Source: a virus
Taxonomy: Duplodnaviria; Caudoviricetes
Strand: one strand, 5' to 3'
DNA length: 24,331 bases
Virus record (IMG/VR): IMGVR_UViG_3300022932_000024
Location: 1-24,331 of that record
In this document: positions 17,319 to 24,331 of the stretch, one piece after another
How positions within the stretch are numbered: position 1 is the stretch's first letter
Layout: each line of letters starts with the position of its first letter
Notes under the pieces: generated by a model
What the model was told of the DNA's origin: nothing
Seen by the model: the letters and a program-made list of their open reading frames with translations, nothing else
The model's database searches: none
Translations under genes and position numbers: made by a program

Positions 17319-18665
17319 CTATGTAACACCACCAGCTAGACTAGCATCCACTTCAGCTTCAAGTTCATCTAAAGTCTGTTGTAGCATAGCGTTTTTTTCA
17401 GCAAGATCCATGTCATCACTGCTAGGTTCAACAGATGGGACTACTTCAGATCCGGCAGCCTGGGGCATATTAGAGTTCATGAGTTGATCGGATTTAGGCT
17501 CAGCGTTAGGCTTAAATCCAATAGAACCACGGATTTCATTAGGCGTAAGTACCTCGTTACGACTGAATATATCAGTAGCTGCTGCAATATCAGCAAGAGG
17601 CATTGTCTTGAATGGATCACGGAAATAGAGTATACTCTGCTTCTGTGTACGCGCAGTTTTGGTAAGAAAGGAACGACGCATAGCTTCAAGAACAGCATTA
17701 ACAACCGGTGCAATCGTTCGATTGTGGTAGTTTAGCATAGCTTTTTCGTCAGCTTCACCAGTGAAAACACTTTCCGTTAGACCAAGCTGACCATAGAGCA
17801 TCTCAGTTAAGAATTTAACCTGACTGAGAAGATTGTTTTCTGCTGGTCTGTTGAGCTGTGTGATTTTCTCACTAGCATCTGTATAAGCTATACCATACTG
17901 GTTACCCTTTAGCTGGTTCTCAATATCTCTAGCGCGAATCTCAGCTGCATCGCGGCGTGACTCGTGCTTGATAGCATAAGGAAGCTGAATGATAATATCA
18001 AGTTTTCCTGAGCTCGAGGCTTCATCAATAGCGTCAAGCATACTGAGCTTTCGAATAAGCCTCTGCAGAGTGGAGTTAGGCTCATTCATTACTGAATATA
18101 GCGGGTTTTCCACAATAGCAACCATTCGCTTGGGAAGGGTTACCTCTTCTTTTCTACCCTTTTTATCGTTCCACAGTAATACACGAACATGCTGTGGGAA
18201 CCACTGAACAATTTCTCCAGTTCGAAGAGATAGAATATTATAGCCGCCAGTAGCCTTAGGATCAAGATCGGTATCAACTGGCACAATTGCGACAACGCCT
18301 TTTTCAAACATTGTCATAAATATATCTTGCCGGAAAGCTGTTGCCGCCTGGTCTATGTTGGCTTCAACTGTAAGACAATCATTTAGACCAGAATCAACGT
18401 CAGAAGCGTAGCGATTGCTTGAGTCTAGCTTAACATGCCGCATTTCAATAGCTGCCGCGTCAATACTCAAACGTGTGTATATAGATCCAATGATTGACTT
18501 ATCACCCATAGATCCAACACGTCGTCGATCAGGACGCGTACCATAAGAAGCTCCATATTGAGTTTCCATACCTCGGTAACGCTGTTCTTCATTATCACCA
18601 AAGACGTTAAAAGCGTGCGCTAAAGAATTACCAACAGTAGCTATACGGGAAAAGAGAGACGCCAT
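17319..18665 (-). CDS. Portal protein, about 448 aa
   Basis: AGGAGGTG RBS spaced 7 nt from ATG 18665; lies between terminase region and protease; HK97-like portal motifs (GLNDCLTVEANIDQ, LTPNEIR..IG.KP). Confidence 0.93.
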   Translation of the reverse strand: MASLFSRIATVGNSLAHAFNVFGDNEEQRYRGMETQYGASYGTRPDRRRVGSMGDKSIIGSIYTRLSIDAAAIEMRHVKLDSSNRYASDVDSGLNDCLTVEANIDQAATAFRQDIFMTMFEKGVVAIVPVDTDLDPKATGGYNILSLRTGEIVQWFPQHVRVLLWNDKKGRKEEVTLPKRMVAIVENPLYSVMNEPNSTLQRLIRKLSMLDAIDEASSSGKLDIIIQLPYAIKHESRRDAAEIRARDIENQLKGNQYGIAYTDASEKITQLNRPAENNLLSQVKFLTEMLYGQLGLTESVFTGEADEKAMLNYHNRTIAPVVNAVLEAMRRSFLTKTARTQKQSILYFRDPFKTMPLADIAAATDIFSRNEVLTPNEIRGSIGFKPNAEPKSDQLMNSNMPQAAGSEVVPSVEPSSDDMDLAEKNAMLQQTLDELEAEVDASLAGGVT

Positions 18666-18707
18666 TATCATTCACCTCCTTTCGAGATTTAGTAAATATA
18701 GTCATTG

Positions 18708-19169
18708 TCACCCGTAGGTTTTAAGTAGATCCTGCTTAGAAGAACTGTTCGTTTTAGCAGCATACACAATGGAAGTAGCTAGTAATACGTTAGACGCAAA
18801 ACCGGCACCCGCTTTTACTTTTGGATTCTTAGCGATTAAAGAAACGCCGGCAGTGCCGAGACTACCCCAAAGACCCGCAACCATTGTTCGACCAAGCTTT
18901 TTAGTTCGTTCGCTTGTGTCGTCACGGGTAGCCGTTTTTACACTGCCCATCTTTTTGGCATAGGCATTACGAATCTTATTCTTAAGCCGCTTACGATCGC
19001 TGAGAAGTTTTCCCCTGCTGTTTGTAGTGGTGCTGACTTTTTCAATTTTACGAGTACCCCAATGCATACCTGCAACACCATAGTGCGCAAGCACATCAGG
19101 GTCATCCGGATCTATTCCAGAATGGAGTAACGCAGAATATAATTCAACGCTCATATCATTGTTATCCAT
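18708..19169 (-). CDS. HxGVxGMxWG-motif protein 6 (putative head cargo), 153 aa
   Basis: Start moved to ATG 19169 (1 nt after the upstream TAG, AGGAAG RBS). MDNNDMSVELYSALLHSGIDPDDPDVLAHYGVAGMHWGTRK, then basic region and two hydrophobic segments. Confidence 0.8.
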   Translation of the reverse strand: MDNNDMSVELYSALLHSGIDPDDPDVLAHYGVAGMHWGTRKIEKVSTTTNSRGKLLSDRKRLKNKIRNAYAKKMGSVKTATRDDTSERTKKLGRTMVAGLWGSLGTAGVSLIAKNPKVKAGAGFASNVLLATSIVYAAKTNSSSKQDLLKTYG

Positions 19170-19170
19170 A

Positions 19171-19722
19171 CTAGTACTTCCTATTCGGGTCGTATCCGCC
19201 TGCGCGAGTGTTAATACCAACGGCAATATCGCCGGCCATCATGTTACCCACATAAGCAGCTCCCGAAGATGCTGCTACTCTAACTGCAGGAGTATTAGCA
19301 AATGCAGCTATAGATGAAATTGCTGGTCCTGCGCCACTACCAAATATCTTAGAGACAAACTTCTGTCCTCCGCTTGATTTAGCTACTTTTGAAAGAGCAG
19401 ATATACCAACGTTAGCAACTACAACTCCGCCAAGAGTACCAGCGACTTTTCCGCCCTGTCGGACATACTTGTTACGTCCAAGAACTTTATCTCGACGAAG
19501 TTTTTCGGAACCTCGAGCTGTGGATATAGAATCACCACGGTTAAGATTCTTGTTTATTCTCTTAGCTCCACCACGACCATAAACTTGCTTATCACGCTTA
19601 CGCTGATCGTTGGTGTAGTTTGGATTATCGGCGTTTAACTCTCGTTTACGCTGACCCCACTTCATGCCCGGAACACCAAAGTGAGCGAGATAATCTTCAA
19701 ATTCTTCTTCAATAGTGGACAT
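19171..19722 (-). CDS. HxGVxGMxWG-motif protein 5 (putative head cargo), 183 aa
   Basis: TGATG coupling to upstream gene; MSTIEEEFEDYLAHFGVPGMKWGQRK, basic region, Gly/Ala-rich hydrophobic C-terminal half. Confidence 0.85.
   Translation of the reverse strand: MSTIEEEFEDYLAHFGVPGMKWGQRKRELNADNPNYTNDQRKRDKQVYGRGGAKRINKNLNRGDSISTARGSEKLRRDKVLGRNKYVRQGGKVAGTLGGVVVANVGISALSKVAKSSGGQKFVSKIFGSGAGPAISSIAAFANTPAVRVAASSGAAYVGNMMAGDIAVGINTRAGGYDPNRKY
19655..19689. repeat. 35-bp direct repeat copy 1 (encodes LAHFGVPGMKWG)
   Basis: ccccacttcatgcccggaacaccaaagtgagcgag; 33/35 identical to 20948..20982. Confidence 0.85.
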
Positions 19723-20465
19723 CAAGCCCCCTGAGTTTCTTTAAGCTTTTGTTCTTTCTTAAACGCAGCTGCAGCCCCCTGATTAACAGCAAGTGTACCG
19801 GCAACCATAGAAGCGCCATAAGTCATTAAAGTACGACCAATAGGATTCTGTGTTACTGCTGCTAAGGTGTAATCAGCAGCTGCCCAAACTTGAGCACCGC
19901 GTGTGTTTGCTCCAAATAACTTGGCTACAAACTTAACACCAGTTTTGGTACGGTGAACGCTGTGAAGAGTTCGAACTAAAACATTGGCACCAATTGCAGC
20001 TCCGGTTCCAGCAAGAATGGCTTTACCAGCCTGCTGGCTTCGACGGCTTCGCTCCATGTTACGAGCTTTTGTAGAACTAACTCCAGAACGAATATCTAAG
20101 TTAACTCGATTAGCGCCAGCTCGTCCAAAGTCTTTCTTGGCGTTGTTGTATTTTGTCTGGGTGTTGCCTTCTGCTAAAACGGCGTCGGCCTTACGCTGCT
20201 CTGCTTTATTCTTAATTCCACTGATAACATGAGCAGCAGGAGAAGTGCGCTTAACAACAGAGAGAACCGGTTTCTTGTTAACCGAAAGGAAAGGAGTAAT
20301 ACGTCCTCCACCAGCCTTACGCTCAGCGCGATCCTGCTTACGACGCCCCCATTTCATACCCTCTACACCATAGTGAGCGAGAATATCATCTTCGTTACCG
20401 TCGTCAATACCTGAATGAATAAGGGCATTGCGAGCTGCCTCACTCATGTTTTCTGATTTTAGCAT
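19722..20465 (-). CDS. HxGVxGMxWG-motif protein 4 (putative head cargo), 247 aa
   Basis: GAAGGGGG RBS; MLKSENMSEAARNALIHSGIDDGNEDDILAHYGVEGMKWGRRK; highly basic with hydrophobic helices. Confidence 0.85.
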   Translation of the reverse strand: MLKSENMSEAARNALIHSGIDDGNEDDILAHYGVEGMKWGRRKQDRAERKAGGGRITPFLSVNKKPVLSVVKRTSPAAHVISGIKNKAEQRKADAVLAEGNTQTKYNNAKKDFGRAGANRVNLDIRSGVSSTKARNMERSRRSQQAGKAILAGTGAAIGANVLVRTLHSVHRTKTGVKFVAKLFGANTRGAQVWAAADYTLAAVTQNPIGRTLMTYGASMVAGTLAVNQGAAAAFKKEQKLKETQGA

Positions 20466-20490
20466 TTTTGAATGCCCCCTTCATTTAAAA

Positions 20491-21000
20491 TTATGGACCT
20501 TGAATCTTTTTGCGTGTAGCTTCGTCAGCCATGTCAACAAACGATTGTACGCTGACTGTATTGGCCTCTCTTGCGGCGATTCTATTAGGATCTAACTGAT
20601 CCTTATCAAAGTTAGATCCGGCTATCTTACTACCGATAGAAGAAGCAACAGCGAAACCGCCTAACGCAATAACCGCTTTGCCATATCGGGAAGAAGTTAA
20701 TGATCTGACGGCAAGATTAGCGGTGTTTAAGTTTTTAGGATTTAATACAACAGTCGGGGGCTTCTTTTTAAAAAGAGAAACCACATAAGCCAGACCTTTT
20801 TTCTTAACGGGGGCTGGACCATTCTTAGCAGCTAGATCAGCAAGAGTAATTGCTGCCATAGCGCCGAAAACACCACCCATAGCACCGTTTCTGAACTTTG
20901 ATCTTTTACGATCAATTTCAGCTTGTTCTTGCGGTGTTTTTCGACGGCCCCACTTCATACCTGGAACACCAAAGTGAGCGAGGGTATCTTCATCGTACAT
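20491..21000 (-). CDS. HxGVxGMxWG-motif protein 3 (putative head cargo), 169 aa
   Basis: GAGGA RBS; MYDEDTLAHFGVPGMKWGRRK; basic with two Gly/Ala-rich hydrophobic segments. Confidence 0.85.
   Translation of the reverse strand: MYDEDTLAHFGVPGMKWGRRKTPQEQAEIDRKRSKFRNGAMGGVFGAMAAITLADLAAKNGPAPVKKKGLAYVVSLFKKKPPTVVLNPKNLNTANLAVRSLTSSRYGKAVIALGGFAVASSIGSKIAGSNFDKDQLDPNRIAAREANTVSVQSFVDMADEATRKKIQGP
20948..20982. repeat. 35-bp direct repeat copy 2 (encodes LAHFGVPGMKWG)
   Basis: ccccacttcatacctggaacaccaaagtgagcgag; 33/35 identical to 19655..19689. Confidence 0.85.
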
Positions 21001-21018
21001 TAAATATCCTCGCTCACT

Positions 21019-21270
21019 TTAGTTAGTTTTTTCAGCAGCTTTAAACAATGCTGTAATTTCAAATATGTTGCCGTCATCCATTGGAGAGAACTCTTCAAAA
21101 ACACCGGTCTTCTGATTAACAGAAAAGAACGGGTCCCAAATACCCTCATCGGGATCATCGGTAAATATCTTGAAAAGCCAAACGCCATGGTAATCTATTA
21201 CCGATTGAATCTTACCTTTTGGATAACTTGAAGTTGCAATCGCTGCGGCGTTTTCTAAATCAATCAACAT
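21019..21270 (-). CDS. Putative immunity protein (Imm35/YrhB-like), 83 aa
   Basis: Overlaps the toxin-like gene by 11 nt; small, acidic, aromatic-rich; only gene in the array lacking the leader motif; pattern A..IA...GVWLF...PFFSVN.KTG resembles Imm35/YrhB as I recall it. Confidence 0.6.
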   Translation of the reverse strand: MLIDLENAAAIATSSYPKGKIQSVIDYHGVWLFKIFTDDPDEGIWDPFFSVNQKTGVFEEFSPMDDGNIFEITALFKAAEKTN

Positions 21271-22426
21271 TTCGAATCCACCTTAAAAGATAATCTTCGT
21301 TAAGATCAATATTGTCAAGACGAGTAAAGCCTACCTGTGAGAATACTTCTTGTTGTGCATTTGTCGGTTTAATTATACCAGCATCTTTAAGCATCTTTGA
21401 ATAGTCTTTTATAATATCGTCTACAGACTCGTATTTTATACTTCTCTGAGCGTCAAATACGACAGCTTTTCCGTTGACAATCTCATAAGCCATACTATGA
21501 CCACCGCCAGCGCCCCACATAACTCCTAATTCCCCACGAGCACCATTTGGTTGCTTTGCAAGAACTGAAAATATGTTATCAAGACCGCCACTCACTGGAG
21601 CAACATCAATATTATTACGAGCACCCGCTGCAAGTTTATCCGTTAAATCAAATACCGGAGTAGCTTTTCCGTTTGCTTTATTAATAGACTCTTTTAATAC
21701 CGTTTTGGCTGTGCCGAATGAGTTAGTAGAAAGAGTCTTTTTTCCAGGACGTATCGCGTTAAGCAACCCAACAGACGTTTGACCATACGCGTTAGTCGTT
21801 CTGGTAGCCATAACATCGTTGCCTCGACGGCGCATCTCATAAGCAAAAGTGGCGCGACGACAATTCATCTTTGTGCCAATACCTTTACCATACATTGGGT
21901 TGATGGGTTTAACAACTTTAGCCATGATATCGTCAACACTCATTGCGGCATGAGCAAGGTCGTCGCTTCTTTTAAAAGCAACAACACTCTTACCTTTGGT
22001 AGCAATAAAGTTTGCGCCTTTAGACGCGAGTTGCCGAAATACACCACTTTGTAATCCACTATGTGTACTTCTAGCTAAAATAATACTACCAACTGCTACT
22101 CCACCGATAAGTAGTTTTTTCTCAGTGCTTGTGAGTTTTCCATTACGCTTCTTTTCAGCGTCAGCAATTAGCTGATTCTTTTCTTTGGTAAGATCTTTAA
22201 TATCGCCGTTTATAAGACGCTGTCGAAAAGCACTATCGGTTTTTATAGCGTTCAGTGCTTTAATCTTAGTTGACATGACATTGGCTTTAGCCTGAATCTT
22301 ATCAGCCTTAGCTTCGTAAGCGGCTTTTTTGTCTCGAGCGACTTTTTCGGGGCTCTTTCGAACGCCCCATTTCATACCAAGTACGCCCGCGTGCTCAAGG
22401 GAGTCTTCTACTAAAAGGTTAGACAT
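21260..22426 (-). CDS. HxGVxGMxWG-motif protein 2 with C-terminal papain-fold toxin-like domain (Tox-PL/glutamine deamidase-like), 388 aa
   Basis: AAGGGAG RBS; MSNLLVEDSLEHAGVLGMKWGVRK; coiled coil; one hydrophobic helix; N-C189...AYEMRRRG.DV.A, GARG..GV.W..GGGH310, VFD325AQ. Confidence 0.8.
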   Translation of the reverse strand: MSNLLVEDSLEHAGVLGMKWGVRKSPEKVARDKKAAYEAKADKIQAKANVMSTKIKALNAIKTDSAFRQRLINGDIKDLTKEKNQLIADAEKKRNGKLTSTEKKLLIGGVAVGSIILARSTHSGLQSGVFRQLASKGANFIATKGKSVVAFKRSDDLAHAAMSVDDIMAKVVKPINPMYGKGIGTKMNCRRATFAYEMRRRGNDVMATRTTNAYGQTSVGLLNAIRPGKKTLSTNSFGTAKTVLKESINKANGKATPVFDLTDKLAAGARNNIDVAPVSGGLDNIFSVLAKQPNGARGELGVMWGAGGGHSMAYEIVNGKAVVFDAQRSIKYESVDDIIKDYSKMLKDAGIIKPTNAQQEVFSQVGFTRLDNIDLNEDYLLRWIRNVD

Positions 22427-22447
22427 AACACTCCCTTAAAAATATGG

Positions 22448-22828
22448 TTACTTGTCGTAAATCTTAAGTAAATCGTCTCCAGCAGAACGCTCTTCAAGAC
22501 TTTGCATAGTGACTGATCCTACAGTTGCCAATATAGCAGTAGCAGCAAGAACGCCTTTAGAGATTGGTTCGGGGTCAAGGATAGTAAGAACAGCAGCTCC
22601 AAGTGCAGCGATAGTGAGAGCGGTATCTGCTTTTCCAAGCTTAATGGTCTTTGAACTACGGTCGTCTCGATGCGCGTTCTTTCCGCGATTTTTTTCAAAC
22701 ATAGCGTTGTTAACACGCGCACGACGACTTAATGGTTTACCATTCTTTGACTCGATTTTGCGTTGCCCCCAGTGCATACCCAAAACGCCATAGTGGGCGA
22801 GGGTATCATTCTCGTTTGAAATATCCAT
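22448..22828 (-). CDS. HxGVxGMxWG-motif protein 1 (putative head cargo), 126 aa
   Basis: GAGGAG RBS; MDISNENDTLAHYGVLGMHWGQRK; basic region then hydrophobic hairpin (ALTIAALGAAVLTILDPEPISKGVLAATAILATVG). Confidence 0.85.
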   Translation of the reverse strand: MDISNENDTLAHYGVLGMHWGQRKIESKNGKPLSRRARVNNAMFEKNRGKNAHRDDRSSKTIKLGKADTALTIAALGAAVLTILDPEPISKGVLAATAILATVGSVTMQSLEERSAGDDLLKIYDK

Positions 22829-22851
22829 TAGGACTCCTCGCCCACTTAGTT

Positions 22852-24331
22852 TTACTCGAATTCGCCCTTATTGAGCTTCCATGCTATAAACGCATCCATC
22901 AAGGCAGCCACATTATCAATCTTGGCGTCTTGACGCTTCTTCATGAGTTTGCGGTTACCATTAGTATCTTCAAGAGTAATAGCGTTACCCATGGCAAACA
23001 TCATGAGTAGTTGATCGAATCGAAGCATACGCTGTTCACTTAAATGTTTAAGTTCTCCAAGAGGCACCGACTCAGTGCGAGCACCCTGGATAACCTTCTC
23101 TATACCAAATACGCCATACTCTGCTTCCCAGCGAGCAACAAATTCTTTTGCATTGTATGGATCAAATCCAAAGGCTCGAACGTCATACTTATTGAGAATA
23201 ATGAAATTCTGAAGATCATCATAGACGTCCATCATGTCCAGAATATTGCCGTTCATGACAATAAGAGTACCTTCATTTAAGAACTCTTCATACTTCTGGC
23301 GCATAGCTCCGGGGAGCTTGGTTAGCGTGTACTCTGAAATATAGCTTCGGGTTTTAACACCAAAAGAACCATCAGTCAAAGGAAATAAGAATGTGAATGC
23401 ACAGAAATCATCACCCTGTGAAAGGTCTGCACCCAAAGAGCAAGGCATGTTATCATAGAATTTATTCCTATGCACAAGAGTCTCTTCATAGGAAAAGAAG
23501 TAACTCCAACCTTCCATTGGTATACCAAAGCGCTTCGCCAGAATATCATTCTTCGAAGATGGTGCTTTTTCAGCTCGTTCTACATCCTGATGATAAGTAT
23601 CGTAGGACACAGTCTTTCCAAGGTTAGGCTGAGCCTTAAGCCACATGGCAGGATCGCCAACTTCTTCAATTTTGTCAAGTCTATACCACCAGACAGAAAC
23701 CTGAGGAGCAGGATAGTCACCCTTAAGAATGTCAGTTAATTCCATTTTGATAGTATCGCCACTACCGTTACGGACTGTACCCTCTGAGCTAATTGCAACA
23801 ATTACCCAGTCGTCAAGCTTTGATGCACCCTGCTCAATAGCACCGACTACATCTTCTCGAACATCTCCAGAGAGCCATTCGTCAATAGTTGATACTTTTG
23901 GTCGAAGTCCCTGTAGCTTGTTGACCGACATAGGTCTGATCTCAAGCAAAGAACCCGTTAGAAAGTTCTCAATACCCTTCTTTGTAGAAGCTAGCTTCAC
24001 ACGAAGTGCACGGTTACCCGTGGTGTTCTGCATTGACCCCTCAGTCAGGAACTTGAACAGGGGTCCTCGAGAACGTGTAATAGCGGTTCTGAAAGGGCTC
24101 ATTACCTCGTCGGCCTGCTTCATAGTAGGAGCAGTAGTGATCTGGTGGGTGGTCGCTGTATCGATGTTGAGGAAGTAAGATTGTATGCAGTAAGCATACA
24201 TACTCTTTGCCCCGCCTCGAGCGACAATTAAGTACTGCTTGTAGCGAACGCGCTTCTTGATCATCTTACGGACATAACGTCCACCATGATGATCTGCGTC
24301 AGGCACGTAAACACTACGTTCAACAAACTCA
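22852..24331 (-). CDS. terL: Terminase large subunit (5'-truncated by the window edge)
   Basis: Frame is open to the edge (EFVERSVYVPDADH...); Walker A VARGGAKS, Walker B STIDE, ISSEG coupling motif, nuclease motifs LGADLS.GDD, FDPYNA, KIDNVAALMDA. Confidence 0.95.
   Translation of the reverse strand, partial: EFVERSVYVPDADHHGGRYVRKMIKKRVRYKQYLIVARGGAKSMYAYCIQSYFLNIDTATTHQITTAPTMKQADEVMSPFRTAITRSRGPLFKFLTEGSMQNTTGNRALRVKLASTKKGIENFLTGSLLEIRPMSVNKLQGLRPKVSTIDEWLSGDVREDVVGAIEQGASKLDDWVIVAISSEGTVRNGSGDTIKMELTDILKGDYPAPQVSVWWYRLDKIEEVGDPAMWLKAQPNLGKTVSYDTYHQDVERAEKAPSSKNDILAKRFGIPMEGWSYFFSYEETLVHRNKFYDNMPCSLGADLSQGDDFCAFTFLFPLTDGSFGVKTRSYISEYTLTKLPGAMRQKYEEFLNEGTLIVMNGNILDMMDVYDDLQNFIILNKYDVRAFGFDPYNAKEFVARWEAEYGVFGIEKVIQGARTESVPLGELKHLSEQRMLRFDQLLMMFAMGNAITLEDTNGNRKLMKKRQDAKIDNVAALMDAFIAWKLNKGEFE

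Larger units (their letters stand above)
1..24331 (-). mobile_element. Tailed phage (siphovirus-type) structural/morphogenesis region; phage or prophage cannot be distinguished
   Basis: Co-oriented, tightly packed terminase-portal-capsid-tail-tape measure-baseplate-holin genes across the entire window; no host genes, integrase or att site visible. Confidence 0.97.

Noticed and set aside
19170-19226. ORF-track 5' extension of cargo gene 6
   Set aside because: Overlaps the upstream gene; ATG 19169 follows its stop with an RBS and gives a leader like the other cargo proteins.
21000-21188. 62-aa alternative-frame minus ORF
   Set aside because: Nested in the better-supported 83-aa immunity-like gene; no RBS.
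18708-22828. CRISPR-like or DGR interpretation of the repeated motif DNA
   Set aside because: Copies are coding, degenerate at third positions and hundreds of bases apart; no cas or reverse transcriptase gene and no adenine-specific mismatch pattern.
1-24331. tRNA, rRNA, integrase, att sites, introns or inteins
   Set aside because: Intergenic gaps are all under about 80 nt and the terminase and capsid frames are uninterrupted; nothing of this kind was recognisable.

Overview
The whole window is the virion morphogenesis operon of a long-tailed (siphovirus-type) phage, all on the minus strand. In transcription order (right to left): terminase large subunit (5' end outside window); an array of six genes sharing an N-terminal 'acidic leader-L-x-H-x-G-V-x-G-M-[KH]-W-G-x-R-K' motif, plus one small motif-less gene; portal; fused prohead protease/scaffold/major capsid protein; head closure; tail terminator; major tail protein; tail chaperone; two more tail-tube paralogs; tail fibre; neck protein; tape measure; Dit; hub/Tal-like protein; minor tail proteins; holin. 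From memory, the architecture (protease-capsid fusion, several tail-tube paralogs, ReqiPepy6-Gp37-like hub, low GC overall with GC-rich capsid/tail genes) resembles low-GC actinobacteriophages of the Arthrobacter AM/AU, Rhodococcus CC, Gordonia DJ type; this is not confirmed by a search. The most striking signal is a candidate capsid-cargo system. All nine histidines in the scaffold part of the capsid polyprotein sit in [LIV]-x-H motifs (0 of 5 in the mature capsid domain), and the same motif ends the acidic leader of all six array proteins and occurs at the portal N-terminus. This suggests a His-specific prohead protease that matures a family of head-packaged, interchangeable cargo proteins, one of which carries a papain-fold (Cys-His-Asp) toxin-like domain followed by an overlapping immunity-like gene. 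The cleavage, packaging and toxin roles are inference.
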